This document shows positions 23,906 through 37,100 of a DNA stretch of 64,000 nt, piece after piece. The DNA is from Thraustochytrium aureum. Lineage: Eukaryota. The translations under genes were made by a program, and so were the position numbers. The notes below the pieces were generated by a model that saw nothing but the letters and a program-made list of their open reading frames with translations, had not been told where the DNA came from and did no database searches. Positions within the stretch are counted from its first letter, which is position 1, and every line of letters begins with the position of its first letter. Location: positions 13,794 through 77,793 of the forward strand of contig BLSG01000137.1 of assembly GCA_012862495.1 (NCBI GenBank). Reading direction: 5' to 3'.

Positions 23906-25258
23906 ATGGGCCCGCCCAAGTGGCCGGCTGCTGCTGCAGACCTTGCGTCACCTCTGTACGCTGACGACGGCACGCTCGAGCCGTTGCTCAAGAAACGCGC
24001 CGGACTGCGAAGAAGGCCCGGCTGGGCTAGCGGCGACGCCTGTCCATTGGCGGAGGAAAGCTCCGTGGAAGACGCCCGAGTGGCCATCGTTGGCGGGATG
24101 GCAGACTTGATGGCCAGCCACAAGAGCACCGACGTCGAGCGTGTCGGGACAAACACGAAAAACGAAGAGGCCGACTCTGACGAGGCCAACTCTGTCGAGG
24201 CCAACTCTGTCGAGGCCGAACCGTTTGAGGATGATGAAAGCAGCGAAAGCGACTCAGAGACTCGGTCGGAACACGGCAGCAAACAACCCGAGGGTGGGAC
24301 AGACGCATCGCCTGCGTCGCTCGAACGCGAGAACCGCAGGGGGCTCGAACGTGAGCGTAGATTGAAATCGAGCGTGCGAGCGTCCGTGCGGTTCCTTTTC
24401 GCATCACTGATTGCCGTTCTCGCAGGCTTTGCCAGTGGTGCTCCTTACAATCGGCGCGCGCGCAGCGGGCCGAATGGGGTCCGTGTCATTCGCAGTCGCT
24501 TTCATGCCGGTATGGATCGGCAACGGACTTTCTTTCCTGTTCCAGATTGTTGCGCTCTGCCTGTTCCTTCCCGCGCTGAGGGCTTCGCTATATCACAGAG
24601 CTGGGCCGCCCTTGCCCACCTCGGCGGCCCAGCATGCAATTCCTTTCACTCGGTCGCTTTGCCGCTGGGCGTGCTGCGATCCGCTGGTTGGATTGATGCC
24701 CCCTGTGCCGCACTTGGCAATGCTGACCTGGTTTTTGGCCTGGCTGCCCTGCGACTCGACGGCCACCTGGCGTCGGTCTCTGCATTTGCGATTGCTGCGC
24801 CCCTCCTCGTTCTCGNNNNNNNNNNNNNNNNNNNNNNNNNNNNNNNNNNNNNNNNNNNNNNNNNNNNNNNNNNNNNNNNNNNNNNNNNNNNNNNNNNNNN
24901 NNNNNNNNNNNNNNNNNNNNNNNNNNNNNNNNNNNNNNNNNNNNNNNNNNNNNNNNNNNNNNNNNNNNNNNNNNNNNNNNNNNNNNNNNNNNNNNNNNNN
25001 NNNNNNNNNNNNNNNNNNNNNNNNNNNNNNNNNNNNNNNNNNNNNNNNNNNNNNNNNNNNNNNNNNNNNNNNNNNNNNNNNNNNNNNNNNNNNNNNNNNN
25101 NNNNNNNNNNNNNNNNNNNNNNCGGATTGGCCTCGTGCATTTTGATATGCCACGTGCTCGAGGGCGGCGCGCGCGGCCTCGTCTTTCCTGTGATAAGCGC
25201 CCTGCTTTGCGTTGCACTCCTGAGCTTGGGGCTCGGCCTAGGGGGCAGTAGCGCATGA
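23906..25258 (+). CDS. TMEM185/TMEM60-like multi-pass membrane protein (frameshifts and gap)
   Basis: Repeated motifs SFAVAFMPVWIGN and ALRLDGHLASVSAFAIAAPLLVL resemble the Tmemb_185A repeat; acidic N-terminus. Confidence 0.55.
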   Translation: MGPPKWPAAAADLASPLYADDGTLEPLLKKRAGLRRRPGWASGDACPLAEESSVEDARVAIVGGMADLMASHKSTDVERVGTNTKNEEADSDEANSVEANSVEAEPFEDDESSESDSETRSEHGSKQPEGGTDASPASLERENRRGLERERRLKSSVRASVRFLFASLIAVLAGFASGAPYNRRARSGPNGVRVIRSRFHAGMDRQRTFFPVPDCCALPVPSRAEGFAISQSWAALAHLGGPACNSFHSVALPLGVLRSAGWIDAPCAALGNADLVFGLAALRLDGHLASVSAFAIAAPLLVLXXXXXXXXXXXXXXXXXXXXXXXXXXXXXXXXXXXXXXXXXXXXXXXXXXXXXXXXXXXXXXXXXXXXXXXXXXXXXXXXXXXXXXXXXXXXXXXXXXXXXXXGLASCILICHVLEGGARGLVFPVISALLCVALLSLGLGLGGSSA

Positions 25259-25732
25259 TTACCTTGAGCGGTGGGTGGAGCAGGGGTCGGCTGTGGAGCG
25301 AATCGCAGGTGCTGGCTGGGGCACGCAGCCCGGGGTGGAAGACTGGGGCATGCTCGGTTCCGTCCACGTTGCGCGCGAACGTGTCGCCAGCCTTCCTCAC
25401 GCCGCATTTCGGGAACTTGCGATCTCTTGCTCGGGGTCGGTCCCGCGAAAGGAAAGCGCTGGGCAGGGTGGGAACCCAGACGGATGGGGCCTGGCACCGG
25501 ACGAGGCGGTGTGATTTCGTTTTCCTCCGTGTTAGGAACTAGCTCTAGAAGTACGAAAGAAAACAACACCCCAGTACCCTAACAAAGTCTCGAATTGGCG
25601 CTGCGTTGGGTGAGCACATCAAGTGCTCGCCAACAGCACAGGGAGGCAAGGGAGGTAGCTCATCTTCAATAGAGGTCATGCAGGGCCGGGATCTGCCTGG
25701 AAGGCTCGTTGTGCGCACCTCGCCGTCACCTC

Positions 25733-26766
25733 CTACTCCGCGACGAGCTCGGTGCTGAACGCCTCATCCAGGCCATCTTCAGCGGGGAGCCGAATGTCCA
25801 GCTCGCTCTGAAACTGCCGCCGTGGCAGGTAGTAGAACACGTAAACAGTTGCAAGAACCGGGAGGTCGTAGCTCAAGAGCTTGAGCAAGATGCGCACAAA
25901 CTCCTCGAACCCAGAGTCAAATATCACGCAAACCTGCTCGTCTCTGTGGAGCGGTCAGCAACCTGCGAGCGCGCGCGTTGTCCCCCTCCCCGCCAGGTAC
26001 GCCAACCAACCTACTTGTACAGCGTTTGGAGCCACGAGTCCAAGACCAGTTGCGCGACTGCGCCCACTCCATTAACAACCAAGAGAACGCGCAGCCCGCG
26101 CCGCTGCTGGGCGACCTCACCCTGCCCTTCATTCAAAAACGTCGAGTACGACCCCTGCGAAGAGATAGCGCCAGACAGCTTTGCCATGACCGCCAGCCCT
26201 GGGATAGAGAAGAGGCATACAATCAGAAACTAAGGAGCAAAACATCGCACAGAAAGTCAGTCCACGTCGGCCGGCGCGCTCGCGGCCTTGCGCTTGTCGA
26301 CATACCACGCGGCTGGGGGCAACAATCGACTCACCTGTGAAACCGACATCACCATCCAGTGCGGGTGGTAGCACTCAAAGCCGTTTTTACCCATCGCCAC
26401 AAGGTAAACCATCGACAAGTAGACGACCAGGACGCCCAACACCGGCACGTAAAACTTTGAGAAAAAGTCTGCGTCTGCGCTCGATTCGGCAGCCGACTTG
26501 GCATAGTTGACCGAGGCCAAGAGCGTCTGCAGCCCGCGAAAGTACGCGGCCGAGAACGTTAGCTTTTGCTCGCGGTACAACAGGTACTTAATCGTGGTCA
26601 ACAAGCACTGAATCGTCGCCAGGCCCAGCATGAACAAGTTGAGCCCGTACCAGCGCGTCCGCAGGAAAACTGCGCCAATTTTAGCGACAGCATACGCGCC
26701 AACGGCAAAGACCACCATGGACACCACGCCCAGAACGATGCCTCGAATGCACTCCCAGTCGACCAT
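25733..26766 (-). CDS. Seven-TM-like membrane protein, 3 exons (26766-26335, 26229-26015, 25943-25733)
   Basis: GT-AG introns 26230-26334 and 25944-26014 restore one open frame of ~285 aa with about 7 hydrophobic helices and an acidic tail. Confidence 0.75.
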
Positions 26767-27312
26767 ATCCCTTCTCGGGTCCCCGGGTCAAGTGCGGCGT
26801 CTCGAATGCCGCAGTACGGCCACATTCTGCGCTTCAGCGCCCAAACGCGGCGCAAAGCCCTCGNNNNNNNNNNNNNNNNNNNNNNNNNNNNNNNNNNNNN
26901 NNNNNNNNNNNNNNNNNNNNNNNNNNNNNNNNNNNNNNNNNNNNNNNNNNNNNNNNNNNNNNNNNNNNNNNNNNNNNNNNNNNNNNNNNNNNNNNNNNNN
27001 NNNNNNNNNNNNNNNNNNNNNNNNNNNNNNNNNNNNNNNNNNNNNNNNNNNNNNNNNNNNNNNNNNNNNNNNNNNNNNNNNNNNNNNNNNNNNNNNNNNN
27101 NNNNNNNNNNNNNNNNNNNNNNNNNNNNNNNNNNNNNNNNNNNNNNNNNNNNNNNNNNNNNNNNNNNNNNNNNNNNNNNNNNNNNNNNNNNNNNNNNNNN
27201 NNNNNNNNNNNNNNNNNNNNNNNNNNNNNNNNNNNNNNNNNNNNNNNNNNNNNNNNNNNNNNNNNNNNNNNNNNNNNNNNATGCGAGCAGCAAGCAGACA
27301 CCAAACGCAACG

Positions 27313-27339
27313 CCAGCAGCAGCAGCAGCAGCAGCAGCA
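27313..27339. repeat. (CAG)n microsatellite
   Basis: Seen directly. Confidence 0.8.
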
Positions 27340-27517
27340 GATTGAGCAGATTGAGCAGCAGCAGGCTGCCTGTTTAGGCTATAGCGCACCGCTGCGCATC
27401 GTCGCGCGGCGCTCGGCGGAGCGTTGCGCGCGTTGCTCGACTTGTGGCTTGGGATGCGAATCATCCGTCCGTGGCAAGGTGGTGACTGCTAGAAGCCGCC
27501 GTGGAAGGGCAAATTCA

Positions 27518-30500
27518 ATGTCTGAGAGCGCGCTCGAGCTGCTCTTGAGCAAGGATACGAGCGCGCTGAGCGCTAGCGAGCTGCAGCATTTGGAAACCGA
27601 GCTTGAGCAATGGGTCGGCAAGACGGATGAGCTCAAGGGCCGGCTGCAAAAGCACCAGGCGTATCACAGGGACAAACACTCGCAACAGCTGCGCAAACAG
27701 CTGCAAAACATCGATGAGCGAGAGCAAGCCGAGCGCAAGGAGCGCATAAAGCTGGAAAAGAGCCTAGAAGCGCTTCGGAAGCACGAGTCCACCGCCGCCG
27801 TACAAAGCGACAGGCTCGAAGATGCACTCGACACCTCGAACTCGAGCACGAGATGGAAAACATCGCTCTGCTGAGATAAAGGCCGAACGGCTGCGCGAGC
27901 AACGCCAGGTCCTCGAGGCAGCGGAACGCGGCCGCCAAGTGGAAATCGACGCCATACTTGACGAATCCCGCCGGCGTGGCGAGTCTGGCGCCCACGTCCT
28001 CAGCAAAATCCTTGACAAGGTTGACTGCCTCAAGTCCGAGCTCGCGCGTCCTGAGTACGACCGCGACTTTCACCAGGCGGTGTTCAGAGACCTGGATCTC
28101 GCAGACCTGAGCGGGGACGCGGTGGGTGAGGCAGGCAACGAGAAAAGCAACGGCCCCGGTGCGTTGACGCGCTTGATTGACAAGGTCAACAGCGTGCGCG
28201 AGTCACGCTGGGAGGCCAAGGTTAAGGAGCTCGAGGCCGATCTGGGTGACCTGTGCGCAGAGCGCCAGCGCGTCGTGCAAGAGGAGGCCCACGCCGCCGA
28301 AAAGCGGCGGCAGCACGAGTTTCTGACGGCAAGAGGGCTCGACTTTCTTGTCGAGGTCGAGCTCGGCAATGCTCCGCCAGTAGATCTCATTCTGCGCAAT
28401 ATGGAAGCCGCGCGTGAGCTCGACCCAGAGAGCGAGCTTGCCACAGGACAAGGCGTCGGCGGTCATAGCAGCAGCAGCAGCAACAACAACAACAACAACA
28501 ACAACCAGGCGGACGAGGAGGAGGAATTTCCGACTGGCTCGCTGGACAACCTTCTCGCAAAGGTACAAGCCGAGGTATCGCAAGCCGGTCAAAAGATGGA
28601 GTTGCTACAGCACGAGTTGGAGGCCCTCGGCAAAGAAAAAGCTCGAACGACGTCCATTGGAGCGTTTCGGAGCGCCGCCCATACGACGGAAGCCTAGGTC
28701 GAGGTTCGTACGAGCCTCACCGCGCGCATTTGTACGACCTTGTCAGCGAGGTCGTCGTAGAGTTTGTGGAGGACGTGCTGCGCACCTCGGCCTTCGACCG
28801 GCCACGAGCGCAAGCCGAAGCCGAGGTCGCGCTGGCCAAGTGGGAGGCCGCGCGGTCCATGCTGAACAAGCAGATTGAAGAAGCAGTGCGCGAGCAAGCA
28901 GTGCGAGCAGAGTCAGACGCGCTGACTAATTCTGTGATCGCCACAGTGATCCGCGGGATCTATGGGGAAAGCCAGACCGCGGAGGCGCTTTCGAAGAAAA
29001 TAGCGCGCAACCTAATTCTTGGCAGTGTCTTCTCGCTCTATCCGCAGGGAGGAGTCCCAGACAAGGTTGCAGAGCAGATTGGCGACTCCTTCGACGAAAT
29101 GCAGCGTCGTCGCGCCAAGCAATTTGCCGCAGGTGCGCACCGGTCGCGAATCCCTCCGACTGGCACGATGCTGAGGCTGGAGAAGCCGCTTCTCCCACAG
29201 GACGCGTCGATATTTTACTCAGCCCGCGCAGCGTACAGCACAGAGTCGATGGACCGGATCCGTGTCGAGCTGGAGCGGCAACGCAGACTACGCAGCAACG
29301 ACCTCAAAACAACGCGGGACGGTGCAAGCGACCAGCAAGGCGCCGCGGAGCAGTCCGCAGGAATCGGCGCGGAGGACGAGTTGGAGGAGGACGAGGAGGA
29401 GGATCAAGTTGAACTCGAGTCGTTGGACTTTGGCGTGGTTCCAGTCCTCGTTCCAGACGAGCTCGACGAGAGAGCCCCAAACTTCGCTGCCCGCGAGAGC
29501 GCCTTCTGGAACAACATTGCATTCCGATCAAAGCACGTTCGCGTTGCGCGCAAGTACGGCACACCCAGCGCGATATCAGCCTCGTCGTCAGGAGACTACC
29601 TTGCTGTGGGCACAAGCCTTGGTGGGATTCTAGTCTACGACCTTCGACCGGAGAAGCAGGCCGTGCTGTTGCGCACTTTCGCGCCGAAAGTTAGCCGTAG
29701 TCCCGTGGTGCAAATCGAGTGGTCGATCGACGCCGGCTCGCAGCTCGTCGCGCTGGACGAGAGCCGCGTCGTCCGCCTGTTCCTCACCGCCGGCCGTCTT
29801 TCGCGGAACAGCAAACCGTTTCAACCAAAGAAGCCGTTCCAAGCAGAGAGCCTTGAAGTCGTGTTGGAGCTTGGGTGGCAAGACTTTGACCGGCCCGAGC
29901 AGCAGGACTTTTACGAGCAAGACGAGGAAATTGCGGCTTACCAGCGTCGCGCGCGTTCTAGCCAGAGGAAAAAGTCAAAGCGGGGCAAGACGAGCAAGGC
30001 AAGTGAGAACGCCCATCAGAGCTACACACAAGAGGACCTGGAACCCGTCCGAGTGTGCTTTCACGCTGCGCACTCGCTCTTTGGGATGCAAAACTCCCTC
30101 CTGATTGCCCTACGGTGCGGCACGATTGTGAAATGGAACGTCGACCACGCCTCAGGTGACCGAAGCGTGTTTTGCCCCGTCCACGCGCAAAACGAGCCTG
30201 CGAATCCTCGCGACCCGACCATGGTCCCAGGCGAGCCCCGCCAACGCGGTAAATTATTTGGATCCACCATCCGGCGCGAGTTTTTCCAAGACCATCGGCA
30301 CGAGTGCATTCAGATGGGCTTTGTGAACCGGGCCTCAGAAATGCTTTACTCAGTCGACAGCAAAATGCGCATGAAGATGTGGCCATACGCCCCGAGCCAG
30401 TACTCTGGATTTGGCTGGTTTGTCCCGCTGCAGACCTTCGAGCTCAAGCTCAACGTCGTCGCCTTCAACGCGGATCGGTCCGTGCCGGTCGAGCAAGCTT

Positions 30501-31522
30501 TTCCTCCTTTGGGAGTGCAGGTTCCAACAGCGGCCCCGGCCGAAACGGCAGGCGTCGCCCTAGCCGACGGTGCGGCGGCGGCAGGAGGAACTGATGCGAC
30601 AGGCAGTCAAGGCCCAACCAGCGGTGAGGCTGGCAGCGCCCGCGCTCGGAACTCGGCTCGTGACGTCAAGCCGAAAAAGCCGACGGTTGAGGTTCCAGAG
30701 GACGAAGTCATCGCTCAGGACAAAGAGTTCATGGCGCTCCACGAGGACGAGAAAGCTGTGCTAGAAGCTATGGACTTGCAGGACGAGCCGTGGCTCACCA
30801 AGCCGGTGGGCGCGAATGGGCGATACATGCAAGTGTTTGCACCGCGCGACTATGACGAGTCCGCGAGCAGCGAACACCAGGTTGTTGTCTTTTCCAAGGG
30901 AGGGCTGCTCCTCAAGCGTATGGTGAGCCGATTCACCCCCGTTGTGTACCAAGGCAAGCTTGTCGATGTGACGTTTTCCCACGCGGGAGGCGAGATCCTT
31001 TTCCTCGTACAATACCCAGGGAGCGAAGAGAAGCCTGCCTCGCTGCGGCTTTTCATTTACGACACGCACACTCTGGAGGTGCAAGCTGGAGCGATTCAGC
31101 TGGAGCTGCGTGGGTCAGTCCAGCCGCGCTTTTGCTCGAGCCCCGTCCTCGCCGAGCTCGGGTCGGACTACGCGTACGTGCTCATGGACAATGAGGTCCA
31201 TGTTGTGTCGATGACCAGCGGCAGGTACGCCAGCAAACCTCTTTGCCCTATTAAGGACGAGCCTGGTGTGCGCCTCACGGACCTGTTGGTCACGCGGGAC
31301 CACTCACACCTTGCGGCGATCGGGGGTGAACGTGGACACGATCTACCTATTCGCGATCGACAACTTCAACAAGCCTGGGGCTCTGCAGCGGCCCTCTGCG
31401 ACCGACTACCGGCCCCGAATGGAGCACACGCCTCGCGAGTGCGACGTCTGACGCTCTCCGAGTCAGGCACGTTGGCAGGCAACCAACCGAGGCTACAGGC
31501 CCACCCAATCGCATCGCTCTAG
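27518..31522 (+). CDS. Large coiled-coil + WD40/beta-propeller protein (frameshifts ~27850, ~28670, ~31330; may be two genes)
   Basis: ORFs 27518/27822/28730 overlap in shifted frames; WD-like strands SSSGDYLAVGTSLGGILVYD, VVQIEWSID, LYSVDSKMRMKMW; in-frame (AGC)n(AAC)n run at 28467-28505. Confidence 0.65.
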
Positions 31523-31810
31523 TAGCTAGAGCATGGTGCCTGGGGAGGAGTCGTCGCCGATGTCGACACGCATGTTGTAGAATACAAACAGTTTGACAGT
31601 TTTTTCCAAGAAAGAAACAGATCAGCTCAATCAAAACAGGTCAGCCCAGCCGGGTCGAGAAACGCGGGTGGGCCGTGCGAAGCAACTCCGCGTCGCCAGA
31701 AGCAGCGAGGAAGTCACATGAGTGCCGAGGATCAGCGAGAAAGTCACATGAGTGCCGAGCGCCGGTGCCACAGTGACAGCACCATCCCGCACGCACACCA
31801 GCGGCGTGCA

Positions 31811-33118
31811 TCAGCGCGCGCGCCTACCAGCCAGCCTGGACACAATAAGGGTGAATGCAATAAGCGCTCCAAACTGTGCGCACCAGGAAATGAGGCCGAC
31901 GAAAAACCACACGATTCCCGTCACCAGGCAGAGTATCGTACTCGCAATCGCCGAAGTGGTAATCAGGTTGTGGAGAACAAGCACAATCGAGATGCTTCGA
32001 TGCGTTTTGCGCCACCGCGCAATCCGCGAGCTCGTGGCTTCCCTGACATGGTCGCCTTCCAGTTGCGCGAGCGCGCGCTGCAACATGTGCTCGAAGATGC
32101 TTTGCAGCAAGGTCAAAAGGAGGTTGAAGAAGACCCAGAAGGTCGCGAGGAAGCACGCCGCCCAGATGAGCCAGATCCGGTCGCAGAGGGCCCGCAGGTC
32201 AGGACGGAGCGCGGGAACTATCACCAGGAGGCCCACACACGCCGTGACCATCACTGAAAGGTTGACCATTGTAAACCTGGCCACGAAGCGCGGATACCGA
32301 ACGAGTGCGTTGCATCGTATTGGCGTCGCCTGCAGGAGCCCGCTCAGGCTCTTAAACCACACGAAGGATACCGTCCAAAGGCTGCCAAAAATAAACACCG
32401 CAGAGAGCGCGAAGAATAGGCTCAGCGGCCAGCTGCTGGCCTGGTCTCGCCGTTCACCTCTCAGCAAGAGCGAACAACTCACGACGCTGCAGAAACCAAA
32501 CAAGCCCATGCCGAGGATGCACTGCAAGATTTCACGCTGTATCGTTGTGAGGGGCATTGACCGCGTCCTCGTCACGACGCTGTCGGTGCCGCGCTGAGGC
32601 GCGTCGGCCTCGGCGCGCGATGCAGAGTTGAGGTCGTCCATGCTCCGCACTGAGCGCTTCCAAGCTGGAATTGGGGTTGTGGAGGCCTGGCTCTCCCCGA
32701 CGTGGGTTGATTTGACGATGGAGCTCTTGTCCGCGAACCTGTGTGCGGACATGCTTGTTCGCGAAGGCCCCGGCCCGCTCGACATCGCAAATTGGCTGCA
32801 CATCTCGGTTGTGCAGTCGTGCTTTCGTTGCCGGGCGCGAAATGGCGTCCACTTGCGCTGCTTTATGAAGCCCCAGTGGGAGGCCAAGAAGTAGATCGAG
32901 GCCACCGCGGCGCACACGACCAGACTCGCCAGGACTACAATCCCCCAAAGCCCCATTTTTAGCAGCAGCTCGTTCACGTTGCAGTTGTTCCCCCATGACC
33001 AAATATCGTCGCCACTAAACCCTGCCGGGCACTCGCAGAGTCCTGACGTCGCATTGCAGGTCCCGGCCACGCCAATAAACCTAGCTCCCACCGTGCAGGC
33101 CTCTCCGCACTCTAACAT
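31811..33118 (-). CDS. N-terminal EGF-like domain + multi-TM (GPCR-like) membrane protein
   Basis: CGEAC...GTCNATSGLCECPAGFSGDD...C EGF pattern, TM1, long Ser-rich loop, then about 6 further hydrophobic helices. Confidence 0.7.
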   Translation of the reverse strand: MLECGEACTVGARFIGVAGTCNATSGLCECPAGFSGDDIWSWGNNCNVNELLLKMGLWGIVVLASLVVCAAVASIYFLASHWGFIKQRKWTPFRARQRKHDCTTEMCSQFAMSSGPGPSRTSMSAHRFADKSSIVKSTHVGESQASTTPIPAWKRSVRSMDDLNSASRAEADAPQRGTDSVVTRTRSMPLTTIQREILQCILGMGLFGFCSVVSCSLLLRGERRDQASSWPLSLFFALSAVFIFGSLWTVSFVWFKSLSGLLQATPIRCNALVRYPRFVARFTMVNLSVMVTACVGLLVIVPALRPDLRALCDRIWLIWAACFLATFWVFFNLLLTLLQSIFEHMLQRALAQLEGDHVREATSSRIARWRKTHRSISIVLVLHNLITTSAIASTILCLVTGIVWFFVGLISWCAQFGALIAFTLIVSRLAGRRAR

Positions 33119-33191
33119 CTCCGCCCCTGGCCTCGCTGAGGCCCGCGACTGTCCACGTCCCGTCCCACTTCGCCCCAACGAAGCCGGCGTT

Positions 33192-33238
33192 GGCCAGCGA
33201 GCCAGCCAGCCAGCCAGCCAGCGAGCCAGCCAGCCAGC
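33192..33238. repeat. (GCCA)n microsatellite upstream of the EGF-TM gene
   Basis: GCCAGCGAGCCAGCCAGCCAGCCAGCCAGCGAGCCAGCCAGCCAGC. Confidence 0.85.
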
Positions 33239-34176
33239 TCAAGTCCGAAGGCCGAGCCGGGACACGGGCCGATGAGCCCCACTTCCGGTTGCACAGTTCG
33301 GCGCGGCCGCGGACGCGTACCCGTGCAGCTGCACCTGCCTCGACGCTTTCGAGAACTGCTGCCTGCCTGCCTCATTGCGTGCATCCATGCTCGCCTGGCA
33401 GGAATCAGCGCTTTCGGCGAGGAGGACGACAGTGCCAGTGTGCAGAGGCCGAAAGAAATCCAAAATGTTCTGCTCTTGAGCGACTCTTGAGCAGGTGTTG
33501 CACATTTCGGGTCCGCCGGTCCAAAAATCTCGAAAGAATCGCTACTATACAGGATAGTCCAGGCTTGCGTTTACTTGCATGGAATTGCCGGTGAAGGCGT
33601 TGAGATTGCCGCGGTGGCCTTCATTGTTGCACGCAAGGCACTTGGGATCTGTCGCAAGCGGTGCAGCGCCACCAGGGCTCCCTGGCCGCTCTCTGGCTGG
33701 CAGGAACCCCACGCTGCGAGCGGAGGCGGAGGACGGCGGCAGCAGCTCGCATTGCCTTGCTCGCAGCCCTCCTTGGTTGAGGCGCCGGTGGCCGGAAGGC
33801 GAGATACTCTACACCACTAGGAGGAATTTGGGCCGGAAATGGCCTACTGTAAACTGTTCCTGGGTGTGCACGAGATCGCTCAGGAGGGATCCGGGGCAGG
33901 CTGTCCTTGACTGGGATGCGGATTCGGATCNNNNNNNNNNNNNNNNNNNNNNNNNNNNNNNNNNNNNNNNNNNNNNNNNNNNNNNNNNNNNNNNNNNNNN
34001 NGGCGATCTCCCGAGCCGATCCGACCAAGGAGGATCAACACAGCGCAGGCTCCTGCGGGAATGGTCTTGGCAGTCGAGAACCTGAGCTCACCTTTAGTCT
34101 GTATAACGGATTAGTTTACGCAGGGTCACCCACGGCTCCCATTTCAGCCACTTTCACCCAGGGCTCTCTCGTAGCG

Positions 34177-37100
34177 CTAGTTCAAAGGCGCCGCATCATC
34201 GCGCACGTCCAACACGAAGCGACCCGCCGCAGCGCGCTTCAAGCTCGCCGCGGCGTCCCTGCTCACCCCGCCGTTCTGCCGCAGCGAAACACACTTGAGC
34301 GCCAGATCTCCTCTGAACGCTTGCAAGAAAGTCAAGCAACGGCATGCAGCCCACGTCTGTAATCTCATTCATGGAAAGGTCCAGGACCGCGAGCCGGCTG
34401 TCGGTCTTGCAGAGCGCCGCCGTGAGATCGATCATATTTTTGTCAGAAAGATCGCAGCGCTGCAAGCGGAGCTCCTCCAGCCCGGTGTTGCGCACCAGGC
34501 TCGCCAACAGCTCGGTGGGCATGATGGCTGGGTTCTCAGAGAGGTCCAGCGACCTCAGCGAGGCGCTTGCCTCGGCGTCGCCGAGGAAGGAGGCAAGCTG
34601 CGCTGCATCGCCTACGCCACAGCCTACAAGAGCAAGTGTCTGCAAGCGGCAGCGGAGAGATGCCTGCGCTAGTGCCCTTTGCGCCGCCAGTCCGCCAACC
34701 TTGTTCCCGTCCAAGACGAGGTGGGCAAGCGACGCACCCCGCCCGACGCCCTCGCACATCGCAACCACGTCCTGCTCCTCCAGTCCCGCCCTGGCTAGGT
34801 GAAGCTTGCACAGCCTTGGACCAAGCGCAAGGTACCCGGCGAGCGCCGCCGCCCCCGCGGCCCCGACTACGTTCCCAGAGAGCTTGAGACTCGCAAGCGT
34901 CGAGCCGCGCGGTCCTCGCGCTGCTTCCGCGAGGGCACGGATCACAGTGGCGCAATTCGCAGCATCAAGACCGGCGTTCTGGAGGTCGAGCGAGACAAGC
35001 GCGGGCACCCAGGCGCTGCTTGTGGGGTCGAGAAGAGAGGCCAAGTGTTGCGCGCCTTCGACGCCCCCAAGCTCACTGCCAGCCTCCCAGTTTCCAAAGC
35101 TCAACTTTTCTATCGAGTTGCGCAACGAAGGCGAGCCGCGAACAGTCTCGACAAAATAGCCAAGCCCGGTCGGCGACGTGCGCGACTCTAGCTTCGAGCT
35201 GAAGAACGAAAACCGCACATTTCCCGAGAACTCGGCGCGGGTCAGGAGCGAGCACACCAGTCGCATTTCCGCATCATTCAAGGCGCGGTCTCCCACAAAG
35301 TTGAAACGGGCCGGCCCAGAGTCTCCCTCGTCTCGCCGTCGCCCTCCTTCGAGGAGAAGCGCCGCGTCGATCTTGACGCGGAATATTCGAACACATTCTA
35401 ATTTGACGCTGCCCGGCAGCTCAGCTGCGGAACGGCCGTGGTGGTCTGCAATAGCACGACCAAGGGCAGCCGCCTCGCTTGCCCAGTCCAGTGCCCGTCG
35501 GCGTTCGCGCGGCGCGACAACCTCAGCGGGTTGCCCCGCCGTCAAGCTCACTAGGTTCTCGGTCGCTCTGTTGGCGTCCGAGGGAAGCCCCGCCTTGGGC
35601 TCCAAGTCTGCTTGCTCGCCAACGTCAATCTCCCGCAGCGTCGCTCCTGCGGCCAGGAGGCCGCGAACAAGAGCCAAGTCGACCTCCTCGACGGGAAGGC
35701 CCGCCAGCTGCAATGATTGCTCTTCCGAGTCTGGAGCATATGTGACCAGCCCGGCGTCAAGTTCTCCGAGCGGAAACTGGCACTTCTGGTCTTCCAAAAC
35801 TTGTGCCAGCTCGCACTTTGCGCCTTGGGAGCTGCAGACAAGGTCAAGGGGCGCACGGGCTCCATGGTTGGCGCGCTGGAGAACTTGACAAAGCCGCTCC
35901 AACGCGCTCTTTACACTGCCTTCCGGAAACGCCGCTTCGCCGAGTTCGACGACCACCCTGGAGGCCGTCCCGGCCTGAGTGAGTGTAGCGTGCTCTTCTT
36001 CGAGGGACACGCGCCTGTGCTGTTCTCTGACTTGCTGCATTCTTTTAATGCTTGCCACTCGCCCAGATTGGCGCGACGCCTGCGCAACGTCGCTTGGGGT
36101 TTTCGACTTGGGAGGCACACGGCCCGATCCCACCCTGCTGGTTTGTTCTTGCTCCTGGAGCTGGCCAGAGCGCGTGCGCTTCTCATGGCCTGTAGAAACT
36201 TTGCTTACGACAGCGACAAGGGCAAACCAGTTCCCAAACTCAAGTCGTGTGAGCGGGAAAGAGTCTGGCACAGCGAAAAACCTGGTCAGCCGAGAGCAAA
36301 ATACCTCGGCGGCGAGGTCGAGGTGCTCTAAAGCCGCAGGCTGGGCCTGCGGAAACGAGAATCGCATCACGGACGGTGACTTTTCCAGGCCCAAGAGCAA
36401 AGCCTTGAGCCCAGCGCTGCTCACCAAGTCATTCCCATCCAGTTGCACCGCGGTCAGGTTGGCCAAGCGAGGCATCAACGCGCCAAGCAGAAGCGCTTCT
36501 GCGTCCTGCAATCCGCAAAATGTCAAATCAAGCTCAGAGAGGCTCGTGAGGCACGCGGTGAGGCCGTCGATGGCGCCAATGGATAATGGCACTGCGGCCC
36601 CTGTGTCCCTCTCAGATGTTTTATACACGCGAAGCGCCGACTTGGCCACGCACATTGCGGCTCCTTTTTGGCTCTCGCGAAGCATCCCGGCCGCAGCCTT
36701 AGCCCCGGCGTTGCTTTTTAGCAGCTCGACGACCGCGGCCCTGGCCATGCCAGCTGTGAATGCGTCGTCGGCCTGTACGAGGTCGCCGAGATGCTGAAGA
36801 AAGCTCTGCAGCTTCTCTTTGGCCCCAGGGGCGCCCAAAGTTGCCACATTCAGCGCGACAAGGTGATCGAGCGTGTCGCGCAAGCACCGTTCGCGAACTG
36901 TTGGGTCCTCGCTCTGCGACATGACGAGGTAATCGGTGTTTCGCACAGCCTTCTCGGCGCGCGCCCTGTTGCTGCGGAAAGCGACCGCCCAGGTTGCTAC
37001 CGCACCGGCAAGCATGACAGGCGACGCCCAAGCATGGCCAACGCCGGCCCGCTCCTCGCCCACTACCACGAGAACGAGCGCCCAGACAGCCATCCATGCG

